A stretch of DNA of 64,000 bases from Ophelia neglecta (Eukaryota). Both the position numbers and the translations under genes were made by a program. The notes beneath the pieces were generated by a model. The model was not told the DNA's origin. It worked only from the letters and a program-made list of their open reading frames with translations, and did no database searches. Positions 26,901-37,630 of this stretch are shown one piece after another (position 1 is the stretch's first letter; every line of letters starts with the position of its first letter). Location: positions 96,410,001 to 96,474,000 of the forward strand of contig OZ260661.1 in assembly GCA_965285935.1 (NCBI GenBank). Reading direction: 5' to 3'.

Positions 26901-29900
26901 GAGAAATCGGGGAAGGTTACTACGGGCTCCTATTTCCATGTCGCATACGGCTTCCTGGACTTCTTCCTTGAAGGACTGATCGTATTCTGCTTCGTCTTTT
27001 GGGGTTGCCAGCTCGCGGAAATATGACTGCCATTCGGTTGTTATTGCCTCTGGGTCGGTGATTATTGAACCATCATCTGACATAATGGGACTGGTTCGAG
27101 CGCCCTGTGGTGCCTTCCTTCTTTTATTGACCATATAGTAGAAGTGCTTTTGGTCAATTTCTCTTGAGCGGATAATTTCAGATTCCTGTTTCAACTCGTA
27201 AGATCTCTCACTGAGTCTGCGGCGCTGTCTGTACTTCCGTTTGTCTTCTTTATATGCCTTATAGAGGGGATGGTTTTTATCACGAGGCTTACCCGCTTCC
27301 TTCCATGTCCATCTAGCAGCGAGATTGTGTTTCTTGTGGTTGGTCAGTTCTCGGGTCCAGTAAGGCTTGAGATGCACATTATGCTTTGAACGTGGCATCC
27401 TCTGCGTAGCTGTTTCCTTCATACCTGACAGAATTTCGTCCAGGAACTCGTCCAAGCATTCCCCTTTAACTCTGGCCTCGCAGCACCATTCAGTAGAGTT
27501 AGTCGAACTTACGCCGAATCTGTGAAAAAATACCAGCTAACCGAACTTGGAGGGGACTGGTGTATCTATCCGTGATATCTTCATTACTTAGCTTATTCCA
27601 TTGTACTTTCTCAGTCAGACAGAGAGAAATACGGCGCACGCCTGCAACTGCCATGTCCAGTTTCATCGGAAGATGGTCCGAGGTGTTTGGAAGGTCATCG
27701 CGCACCTGGCAATGTCTGACTTTGCTGATGATGGAGTTTGACACAATCGCGTGATCGACGTAGGATTTGTGTCCTCTCGAGTTTAAAAAGGTCCAGTTGG
27801 GTCCATCACACGATACCGACACATCATAGACCACACAATCTGCTCTCAGCAAGGACTGCATGAGAGAATAAGCCACCGGAGAAGACTTCCCCCAACCTCT
27901 ATAACCATATTCACTTCCCAAATGGACATTAAGGTCACCCATAACTACTACGGCTCCCTTGTCGTTACCCGCTAACATTAACTCTTCTAACTCACTCAAT
28001 ATATCATATATGTCAGCTATTTTACAATTCTCATACGGTAAATAGGCACCAATAAAACTGATCAATACCGCTTGCCTAGATACGCTACCACTTACATGCA
28101 TGGTTAAACCACATAATCGGTCACTTTCAAGCTTGCTGTTTGTAACACCTTGTAAAGAGTTACGCCAGAAAAGAGCTATCCCACCATGACCAATCCTGTG
28201 TCCATAATCAATACTGTCTAGCCGAGAACTAGCCTTGGCTTCCACACAAAAGTCATTACATAATTCACTTAATTTGTGCAATTCACAAGGGAACAACCAG
28301 TGTTCGCACAAAAATAATATATCACAATCATTAAGCAAATGTTTCAAATACTCAGTTTTACCACTTATTCCATGAGCATTCCATGACACGAGTCTAAGAC
28401 TAGTTGTAGACATAGTTATAACATAGTAATTATATACATAGCAGTAAAATTCTACTAGAAGATATTCAATAATAGTTGTCATTGTAGCTTTTATGGTCAT
28501 ACTCGTATGCCCTTACACCGCTATAAGGTCTATCGTATCTATCGCGGCCGAGATCACTACCAAAACGTTCATTATGCCAGTCACTGTTCTCATCTGTATA
28601 GCCATCGGGTAAGTACCTATCCCGCTGAGAGGTGACTAACCGCTCGCCTCTCGGGTTATTTCTCCTGTTGGAAGCTCGGGGAGGATCTGCGGTCCACTCA
28701 CGACATTGAATATCCTTCGGCCAAAACTCACGGTCCAAACAGACCACCGCTTGAACCTCTGGGACAATAATTTTGCAGTTCACCGTGTCTCTAAAAGTTC
28801 CCATTCTAGGCCTGATCACACGTGCAGATATGATCCGGACCTTCGCTGCGCTTGTCCATCTCCTTAATCGACCAACAATTTCACTGTCATGCTCATCATT
28901 ATCAGAGATATTAGTAATGTACAAGGCCTTTCCCTCTTGTCGACGTGATCCCGAGAGAATTGGTTCACATTGCTGATTAGTGCCCCTCGGGTTCCTGTCT
29001 CGCGCCTGAGCCCGCTTCTGCCTCTTGGACATCTGTTGCTGCCACGATCCCTCGGAAGTCAGAGCTTCGCTATACGTAAGAGCGCCTGAGGAAGTTGTAC
29101 TGGTGTTGACAGTAAGAGGTGCGGTAGGCTGATTGACAGCCTGTCCCGCCTCCTTGTCACTGCCATTAGGCTCAGTCTTGCCCGGTGTGTTGTTGGCCTG
29201 GGCGCGAACAACATCGGAATCACTGGAGGCAAGATTGCCTGTCACATTCTTGTTGGGTGTCAGATCATCAGGTGTGGTTGTTCCGCCTGTCACCACTGCG
29301 GGCGGGGAGGTACCTCCTGAGTGAATCCTTGAACTTGGCTGCGACCCTTGGTGATGTCACACAATATGGTTAGAATCACTTTTCATGTTGGCAAATCACC
29401 GGTCATCGGATTATGACGCTAACTGGCTTGGTCTACCAATGAAGGCCCGACACGTCACTAGCAATAGATTATGTGAAAACGTTAGTCTAATAGAAATTTG
29501 ATTCTCCTATAATTTAAGGTTGGTTGTAAAGTCAATGGGGGAAATAAATCGCAAACAGACCATTACTTCGTTCAAGACATGTACGTTTTTTTAAATGGCA
29601 CTGAAACTAACTGTCAGAGAGTGAATCGCTTAATACATACTGTAAAAACCTTAAATTTCGCTGCCCATAATATTTGTGGTTTTGAAACTCAACTTATTTC
29701 GTTGCCTTTTAATTTTTTTCATATAGAGCTTCATTCAATAGGTTCTCAAAGGCCCTTAATTTTCGTGAGCTATTTAATTTTGCGGTTTTGACCCTGCTCA
29801 CGAAATTAGTGAAAAAACTTGCAAAAATTAAGGGGTTTACAGTATATAGTGTGTTAGCAATAAGAACACAATAGTATGTTATTTGTTAGTACATGTACAT

Positions 29901-32900
29901 GTACATGTAGACCAAGTAAACTGACCTTTAAGTGCTGAGACATTGGATGTGAAAATGAAAACTCTTGTGAGCCACAGATAAACCATGCTATTAGACTGGC
30001 CCCATATAATCACCGGTATGGCCAGTAGTTTGCCAAAACTTGACATTATCAATCCTTTTGTTATGACATAGGCCCTGAAAGATGAACAGACAAATTAAAG
30101 TGGGCAATATTTCTGACACAAATCTCAAATATTGAGGACCAATTCAATTGAAGGGTAAAAGGTAGAAAAGAAATTCATTCCTAGTTGATTATTTAGGACC
30201 ACAAACATACAGTATATCTAATTCCTTCACTCATGAGCCAAACAGCTCAGATTGAAAGAAATGGACATTTATTAAACCAAAGTTAAGAATTACGCTAAGT
30301 CTTGTATGATAGAAAGTGAGAATTCTCCATTCACAAGAAGCTGGCTTTAAGAACCTTTCCTGTTTTGGTTGGTTTTGCTTTTTGTAACAGTAGTATACAG
30401 ACATGACCAGTGTTTCATTAGTTTTGGCCTAGTCAGAAATCTACTGTAGGAATCAAAAATTTAAGGAGTTTCAGCTTATCACTCCAGGGTTGGAGTCCTT
30501 TTTATTTCTGATAAGTATTTCAACACAAGGTTCCATCTTTATTTTGCTGGATGTTGCTTTGCATTTGGGCAATGATAATTACGTTTCTATGAAGAGGTAG
30601 TAATGGCCGAAAACACCCACCTGCCACCATGCCTTTGACATGGTTATCAATAACCTTGGTGTGAAGACAATTAAATAATTAATTGACACAATCTAGCAAT
30701 ATCACTTCACATTAATACAGTATCATAATAGAATATAAATATAAAAGGTTTCCATCAAATGTTTATCAAGAATCACATGCTGGACTTAAGGTTCCTGGGA
30801 TATAATCAAGCTAAAGTACATACCTAATGGACTTATTCTCAGAACAAATAAAGCCACTCATTAATTTACACAAAACTACTGTTGTAGCACAAAATGCAAA
30901 CCATTCTGAAAGAGAAAAATCACCATGCTTCATTATTCATAAATATATTTTTGATTACATCCATAACCGCAATCATGTGCCCACCCAGATAAACTACAGC
31001 TGAGTATATTATCGGAAACTAAATGCTATGTCTGGGCATATGCCTACAATCCATATTGACTTCTGTGATTATAGGCTTACCTTATGATTATAAGCATAGT
31101 ACAGTGGTCCCTGCGATGTGAGGCCACCCCTAAATTCAAGGAAAAGTAGCCCTACATTGCAGGTGGCCCTCCATCAAAGGTACTTTAACATGGAAAAGAT
31201 AGGACATGAGAATTTAAAAAAAAATCTCATGGCATCGCAGGAGGGGCCCTACATCGCAGGGACCACTGTATAACTACTGTATGTCCAATAATACATTACA
31301 CAGCAAGCAGACCCTGAATAAGGCACTCAGTCCATTATTATTGATATAAGAGTATAGTGTTGATTATCAGGGTGGCCAACCCACGTGGTTTATGACGTCA
31401 TTTCGCGCTAACACATAAAGCATAAAACTCGCCGAAAATGGTACCTTCAGACCTCCAAAGTGCTGTAAGTATTTTATTTTCTCACTATTTTTAATGGCAC
31501 ATAGCGCAGGAAAAGAGGGAAATTGTATTCTTCACGATGGTCCGAACACCGTTTCTGTATGTTGCCTACTTTTACCTGACATTCGAGGCAAATCTTTCAA
31601 TATAATGAAATTTTTTATGCTAACACTAAAGGCCCATTGCGGTTTATTGAATCTGATATGTTTCCGAGCTTAAACTAGTGTATGTATTCTAACCGCAACA
31701 CCAGAAAATGAATTGGTATTTATATTCTGAAGGAATTGACGAAGCGACATTGGCCACCCTGATTATATAGATGTACTTTTCCAGGTGACTTAAACTACTG
31801 TATATCGGTTTAGACATGGGTGCCCTGCCATTTAGATGTGAGAATAGGGGGAAATGATAATAATGTTTGTTGTCTATTCAAACATCAACAAATTAGAATT
31901 AAAGCATACATTTTAATTAAACTTTTAAACCATATTGAATGTTGATTACCAATGAATGCCAATGAAAACAATCGATAGAAGTCCCATTCCAAGGCAGCAT
32001 AAAATATATGATCTTCTTCCGTGTGAACTGCACTTTTGTCCCATTTCAAATATGTATCACAAAGGACAAATATCAAAAGTAGCTTCCAGGGGGCCTAGGT
32101 ATGAAATAAAGGTCATTGTGAATGAAAGTTTGCTTTTTATTGTTTTGCATAAGTGACAATGACAATTAACTCTAATTATGTTCTTGATCTCCAGCATATG
32201 GGCATGATTTCAATGGCAGTGAAGGGGTTAAAGACTATTGAATTTAATCTATGATGTAGATGAGATTCATCAATAGGTACATTCTCTCATTGTTAACTCA
32301 CATGCATGGATGAATTGTGTAACATGTGTCGATATGCTGGGGCTTTGTGTAGAACAGCATCCAGGAAAATCATCACCGAGTCATATTCAATGTACTTGTC
32401 AACGACTTTCGAACATTTTTCCTGAAAACATAGAGACGAGTGAGACAACAAAACTTAAATAGGAGGCCCCTAAGGGGACATTAATAGTGTATTATTATAT
32501 CCACCTGTTGTCCAAGTCATTTGAGTCCATGGTCCCTATGATAGTAAACATGTTTTTCAGAAAGTTCACACCAAACAAACTAAGCAAAACCTGAAAACTC
32601 AGTCATGCAGTTTCCTATAGGCCCCAATTGTATGCTAATTTGCGGTTAAAAATCATGATTTTAATTACCTAGTCTTTGATGTTTTCTATTTGCCTATAGC
32701 CAGTGCGTAATTACAGTATTTTAAATGGCATAATTGGCAATGTGGGACAGCAGACTGTGCTATATTAATTAACACATTTCTCAAAAAAAAGGGTGCAAAA
32801 TACTCCAAGGCCTAAAATGCCTTCTTGTGAAAAAAAGTACTGGTTAGCCTAGGCGTTGCCACCGCTTCAAATCGTAGAAGCAGCAAAAATAGGCGAAGGT

Positions 32901-33099
32901 GGGTTAGGACACAAGCCATTCCAAATCACTTCATATTTTTTGCTGAAAAGGATGGGTCGCAAAAATCTGCTGGCATCAAAAGAATCAGATTAGAATGTTG
33001 AACAGAACTTACACAATGACTGACTTTGATCACCCCAGCATTGAAATCTTTGAATAGTTCCTTTGCTGCTGCTCCACACTCAATACATTGATATTCCAT
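23991..33099 (-). CDS. ARV1: ARV1 homolog (ER lipid homeostasis / GPI anchor factor), 230 aa, 6 coding exons
   Basis: Exons 33013-33099, 32302-32421, 31950-32094, 30824-30905, 29926-30074, 23991-24100 with consistent phases. Arv1 homology domain MEYQCIECG...SHCEKCSKVVDKYIEYD...AYRHML, then WDFYRLF and SSFGKLLAIPVIIW. Confidence 0.94.
24795..28413 (-). CDS. LINE ORF2 (AP endonuclease + reverse transcriptase + C-terminal CCHC finger) broken by one frameshift near 27525-27530
   Basis: APE motifs SWNAHG, LCEHW, GDLN, SYVDH, SDHLP; RT motifs YRKITLL, LDTRKAFDRV, GVFQGG, AFADD; CPLC...HFLFRC. Removing one T from the T6 run fuses the two ORFs into ~1205 aa. Confidence 0.9.
28466..29350 (-). CDS. 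LINE ORF1, 5'-truncated, C-terminal RRM-like domain
   Basis: Frame stays open to the element boundary with no initiating ATG; KALYITNI...CKIIVP...FWPKDIQCREW resembles ORF1 RRM-like domains of L2/RTE-X-type LINEs. Confidence 0.75.
   Translation of the reverse strand, partial: QGSQPSSRIHSGGTSPPAVVTGGTTTPDDLTPNKNVTGNLASSDSDVVRAQANNTPGKTEPNGSDKEAGQAVNQPTAPLTVNTSTTSSGALTYSEALTSEGSWQQQMSKRQKRAQARDRNPRGTNQQCEPILSGSRRQEGKALYITNISDNDEHDSEIVGRLRRWTSAAKVRIISARVIRPRMGTFRDTVNCKIIVPEVQAVVCLDREFWPKDIQCREWTADPPRASNRRNNPRGERLVTSQRDRYLPDGYTDENSDWHNERFGSDLGRDRYDRPYSGVRAYEYDHKSYNDNYY
29640..29842. mobile_element. TA-flanked MITE in the last ARV1 intron
   Basis: TA|CTGTAAAAACCTTAAATTT ... AAAATTAAGGGGTTTACAG|TA. 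Confidence 0.75.
31102..31268. mobile_element. Tc1/mariner (pogo)-like MITE, same family as 47225-47403
   Basis: TA|CAGTGGTCCCTGCGATGT ... ACATCGCAGGGACCACTG|TA. Confidence 0.85.
31368..31761. mobile_element. hAT-like MITE with 5-bp TSD
   Basis: TIR CAGGGTGGCCAA / TTGGCCACCCTG flanked by ATTAT on both sides. Confidence 0.8.
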
Positions 33100-33534
33100 A
33101 TTTCAGGTATATGCAAGTTGATAAGCATGGGGGAATCTGAAAAAATTAAATAAAACACATGTACATATCAGCATTGATACATCAGTTTCATTAGTATTAG
33201 AGGACCAAAACTAAAACAATCAAAGTTCAAAGTGAGATATTAAAAATGAATTATTACTTTGTGACATACAAGTATATAAATGAAGCTACGAATCAAATAG
33301 GTAAAAACCAGTGGCCTCACAAACTGAAGCTTGATATTTTAACACTAAGTCAATACATATGGTCAACAGTCAGGGAACGATAGTGTTGGGAATTTTTGGA
33401 AAAATCATAACTTGATAATTGGTTAATCAATGATTCTTTGTAATTGGTTGGATTTGGATTTTTAGGGCTTAAGGACATGTGGGCCATTTTGTGTCTTGTA
33501 ATCGGTTGGCAAGGTGCTTAATAGTTATTATGGT

Positions 33535-33780
33535 ATTCTTACGTCCTTCCATGGACAACATTATATCTACACTTTTCCAAAGCCTTTGACAAGGTGGCCC
33601 ACCAGAGATTATCAGCAAAGTTTCAAAGTTATGGAATATCAGGACAGCTGGAAAGGAAAGTTAAGGGGTTGGTTTACAGTCAAGGTGCAAATAGTAGTGC
33701 TGGACAGAGTGAAATCTTCAGTCAAGCCAGCAGATAACGACGTACCCCAAGGCTCTGTCTTGAATGAGTGGTCTCACAAT
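33535..33780 (+). pseudogene. degenerate CR1-like LINE RT fragment
   Basis: Reads IYL.FSKAFDKVAHQRL...SYGI...VPQGSVL across frameshifts. Confidence 0.7.
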
Positions 33781-34530
33781 TCTGGAATTTCGTGAAAGCT
33801 GCTGGGTCGCTAAATTAAAATATAATTTTGTATCGGCATTTATAGGCCTAAGTATCTCTTGGCACAAAATTAAAAACATGCGAACTGCCAGTATTGGAAC
33901 GCAAGTCTGCAAAATTTGTGTTAAAATTGCCAACTGCTCTAATACTTGGCGGTTAGGGTTATTTCCAACCCTCGGGGTCGGCCTTTTTAACTATTCGTGA
34001 ATTGGGAATTTCACATTAAATTTCTTGTGAATCAGGATTCGACAATTGTCCGTGATTCAAGATCAAGGATTTGAATCTACTCTGACTAATGACTCAATTT
34101 TCCAATTCATGGGGAAGCAGAACATACCTTTTCCAAAATAGCATGAAAAATGCACACTTCAAACATCTGTGGGTTTCGGGATTTGCCAATTTTTCAAACT
34201 GGGAACTGGGCCCTTCTCACCTCCTCTCAATACTAATAGCTGTAGATTTTTCGGTGAGGGAGTGTGCAGCCAGCTACAGACAATATTATTTCCCAAGATG
34301 ACCAAGTTTTATACCTTTAATCCTTCCAGCTATAATTAATCACTGGGGTAGTGACACTGAAGCCGAAATTACCCCATTGCCATTACCGAATAAATCTGAA
34401 ATATTTAATATTTTGGTTCTTCAGATTTATCAAAGTGGAATAGATCTACATGCATAGCAACGTTTTCTGACCAACTTCAAGCCTCTGCTCAAAGAACCTG
34501 TAAACTTATAAAATTGATTCCAGAATCACA

Positions 34531-34830
34531 GGGGGGCCGGGGGGGGCGGGGGGGGGGGGGGGGGTTGGGGGTGCACTCATTGCTAGACATTCATACCCAT
34601 ACACGAAAAAAACGCGCTCCACATGGACAGTGAAATAGGGATATTTTAATGTTAATCCTTCCCTTATAGGGTGGTGGTGGGAGCGCTCAATTTTCCTGCT
34701 GCATAAATGGCCTGTCACCTCTTATTTGGGTGTATTTATTTGGTCCAGAACTCCGGGTTTGGGTAGTTTTCAATGTCTAGTTGTTCGAGTATGGGTTTAT
34801 AGCTAGCACGGACAACTCCCCCCCCCCCCT
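34531..34830. mobile_element. degenerate MITE with poly-G/poly-C termini
   Basis: G-run + TGCTAG..ATACCCATAC at left; GTATGGGTTTATAGCTAGCA + C-run at right. Confidence 0.5.
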
Positions 34831-34899
34831 TTGGCATTCGTCTTTCTGGTGTGCCAAGAGTAGAACAGTGTCAAGGCTTCCAATTGTTGCCTTTTACTT

Positions 34900-35000
34900 T
34901 ACCAATTTCAATTGGAAATAAGCTAGAGTACAACTCTTCCATCTGTGAAAATATGGCGGAGATGACGTTCGTGTAAACAATCATTTGATTGGACGAGCAG
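34900..35000 (-). promoter_or_regulatory. putative ARV1 promoter / 5' UTR exon
   Basis: CpG-containing patch with YY1-like CCGCCATATT (~34950-34959), CCAAT box (~34988-34992) and a GTAAAG donor at 34902. TSS cannot be fixed; further donors at ~35005 and ~35184 could mean more upstream exons. Confidence 0.4.
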
Positions 35001-35248
35001 CTTACCGTATTGTCGCTTATATAAGCGCCTGCGAAGGTGCGCTTATCAGCTAAATATGTAGCGGAAAGTGGGCACCTAATTTAATTTCAAAGACTTTTTA
35101 CTTCAAAAGTGCGTGGCATGGAACAATATAAATGAAAATTTTAACTTAAGAATGATAATGATAGCTTCACTAAGCTTTACTCACAAACAGAAGAGATATC
35201 ATGGCTAATTGATTTTCTATTGTCTAAATGGAAATTCACCGTACTTTA

Positions 35249-36133
35249 TGTAGGCAGACATTAATTACTGTAAAATGATACTACTATATACTGTGTGCAT
35301 AACCCCTAGTTTCATTAACTACTGTCACCAGCGTTATTCCCGCTGCCAATTGTGATTTCGGTATAGGCTGTTAATTAATTTGTGTGGCCATGCAATACGA
35401 TGATTGGCCAACCCTTAAGTACCGAAGCAAACTTGCATATGGTCCCGTCCAGCGTTCAGTCACTTGCCGGACTGAGACCGTCACGTTAACTTCTAACGCT
35501 GCCGTTCCCTACGGAAGCTCACGTGTAAGTTACCATCGTATTTCATTTTATTAAATACTATGTCTTATCCATTTATATAAGGTGTATCTTAAAATACTTA
35601 TTAACAGAAGTGCGATTGTATAATACGACACTGTGCCATTTCAATAATGTTAATTAAACAGTTGACCGTTACCTAAAACAAATATATTGTATTTTATTGT
35701 AGCGCAAGCTAAACCTACAGTCAGCTTTACTCTTTCGCAATTGTATCTTTACGAGTACCAGTTCTTTACTGGGTAAGTTGTGTCTAAGATAGAGAGAATC
35801 CGATAGTATAAACGTAATTCTGACAGACTATTAAACTAGCTAAAACTTTAATGTAAATCATTGAAATGGAAAATTCTGTATTATTTAGTTTTCATTACGA
35901 AGGACGAACCATGATTGTAAAATGCAGGGATATGACTTGTATGTATAAATGCGTATTACCATGTGATATTTTAATCTATTTCCTTTATTGTTACAGCGAC
36001 CAATTGTTATAAATCTTTACACCTATATAAACTGTACCAATAAACCACCTACTACATATCAAATCGCTGTCCCTTTTATGCGTGATTCCTCGGGATCACG
36101 GAAGTAAAGATAACCATAATTCTTTATACCACA
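35249..36133 (+). repeat. 5' LTR (885 bp)
   Basis: TGTAGGCAGAC...TATACCACA; CCAAT ~35403-35411, Inr-like TCAGTC 35456-35461, AATAAA 36039-36044. Confidence 0.97.
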
Positions 36134-36135
36134 AA

Positions 36136-36147
36136 TGGCGTCCCTGG
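36136..36147 (+). promoter_or_regulatory. primer binding site complementary to the tRNA-Asn 3' end
   Basis: TGGCGTCCCTGG, 2 nt after the LTR, is the reverse complement of CCAGGGACGCCA, the metazoan tRNA-Asn(GUU) 3' end as I recall it. Confidence 0.8.
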
Positions 36148-37630
36148 AGGTGGTACAGTTATAATTAGTGTGTAAAAAAAGTAACAATAGGTCTGTGCGC
36201 CCTCAGCATTTAACGACCGGAGACGATAGGCCCAGATAGGCCCAGAGATTCCTATTCCCGACCCCGGAGAGACCACTCCCTGGAGGAACACCTAGAAGAC
36301 CACTACAAAGGAGAGCCCCGGAGCTGAACTGCCAAGCTGTCACTTCATTCAGGCGGCCGGCAGCGGCACTCCCCTCTCACCTCGTGTCACCGCTCCTCGT
36401 GGCTAACATAGTGGCCAACTGTGAACCTCCTGTATACCGTTGTGCAAGACTGTATTGACATTTTGTACAGCCGTCCTCGTATAGCGCGTGACCAATGCTT
36501 CGGACATCGGACTTCCCCTGGAATTCCCGATTCTAAACCCCGCAGCAGGATATCCCCGAACTACGTCATAGGATGTCCTCAGAAAGTCTGGATCATCGCT
36601 CACTCCACAGGACTGCAGGTTGTAGATACTAATATTACTTAGCGCATGCTATTAGTTGCCATAGACAATGACTTTATTGCATGTCCTTTGCATGTAAACC
36701 CAAGTTTGACACATCAACTGTGTCACACATGATTTCCATTGTGTTGAAATTCTTTATTTTTTTAGTCGTTGTTGGTCAAAGTCTAACGTTACAGCCCTTA
36801 ATAGTGTCGTGTCCCTGACAACAACAATCAATGTGATATTAAGACAATTAGAGGCACACCTCTTCCATCACTTTCACTTGCAAAATTGAAACATATTTTT
36901 TTCTTGAATTGATATTTTTCTATAGATGTTTTTTGATAATTATTGGACATTTTTTTGACAAAAAAAAAAAACGAATTTTTACTTTGAAATTTTTAGATTA
37001 ATTATAGATTTGTTCCAAAGAAGAAAAACAAAATTGTATGTTTGAATGTTTTCTGCTCAAACTTTGATAACCCATAAGCAATTTATTTTGTAGTTTCAAA
37101 ATAAATTCTTATAATTAGGTATCATTTTACAACCTCAAGCTAGTTAATTTGATACACTACTTTGGCTGGTACTGGTGAACAGCATGTTACACCTACCGTG
37201 AATTACTGTGATTTGCTATTGATTTATTTTGCATTTGATTTGGTTTAATAAGTTGATGATTTGTTGTGTATATATGTTGGATGGTTATTGATACTTGCTT
37301 GTTACATAAGTTAGTCGCTTGAAACTTGTTGGTTAGGAAGTGTAGAATGTAACAGTCAATTTACATGTATATCCAAGGTTACTTGATAGTTATTGTGTGG
37401 TCCAAAGCATCAGAGTGCTTCTGAGGTTTCCATATTGGGGCACACTTTATCAAATGTGGCATGGGACTACAAATTTGACCTGGACCATGCATGTATAAAA
37501 CATTTTCCTATCCAACTTGGGTGCACATCGAACCCTGCTGTTTTGATTAAACTGATTTTCTCTTTGTATTGGTGACTTTAGAATCGGGTTGTCCCGCACA
37601 TTACCTTAAAGGTCGATTGATAACACTATC

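Larger units (their letters stand above)
24412..29350 (-). mobile_element. 5'-truncated non-LTR retrotransposon (APE-RT-CCHC; RTE-X/Proto2-like) in the last ARV1 intron
   Basis: ORF1 plus ORF2; 3' end GAGGAGGAATAAAA followed by a short CATTATT tail at ~24412-24434; candidate 5-bp TSD GTGAT (24407-24411 / 29351-29355). Clade assignment is from motif resemblance only. Confidence 0.9.
24259..29522. mobile_element. diverged foldback/MITE split by the LINE insertion (arms ~24259-24390 and ~29378-29522)
   Basis: Left arm AACCTAATATTATAGGAGAATCAA..TTTTCACATAATC..GCCTTCATTGG..TGATTGGCCAA is approximately the reverse complement of the right arm TTGGCAAATCA..CCAATGAAGGC..GATTATGTGAAAA..TTGATTCTCCTATAATTTAAGGTT. 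Confidence 0.75.

Noticed and set aside
36403-36642. Short ORFs on both strands in the Gypsy leader as a possible accessory gene
   Set aside because: Under 75 aa with no recognisable features; the + ORF starts at GTG.
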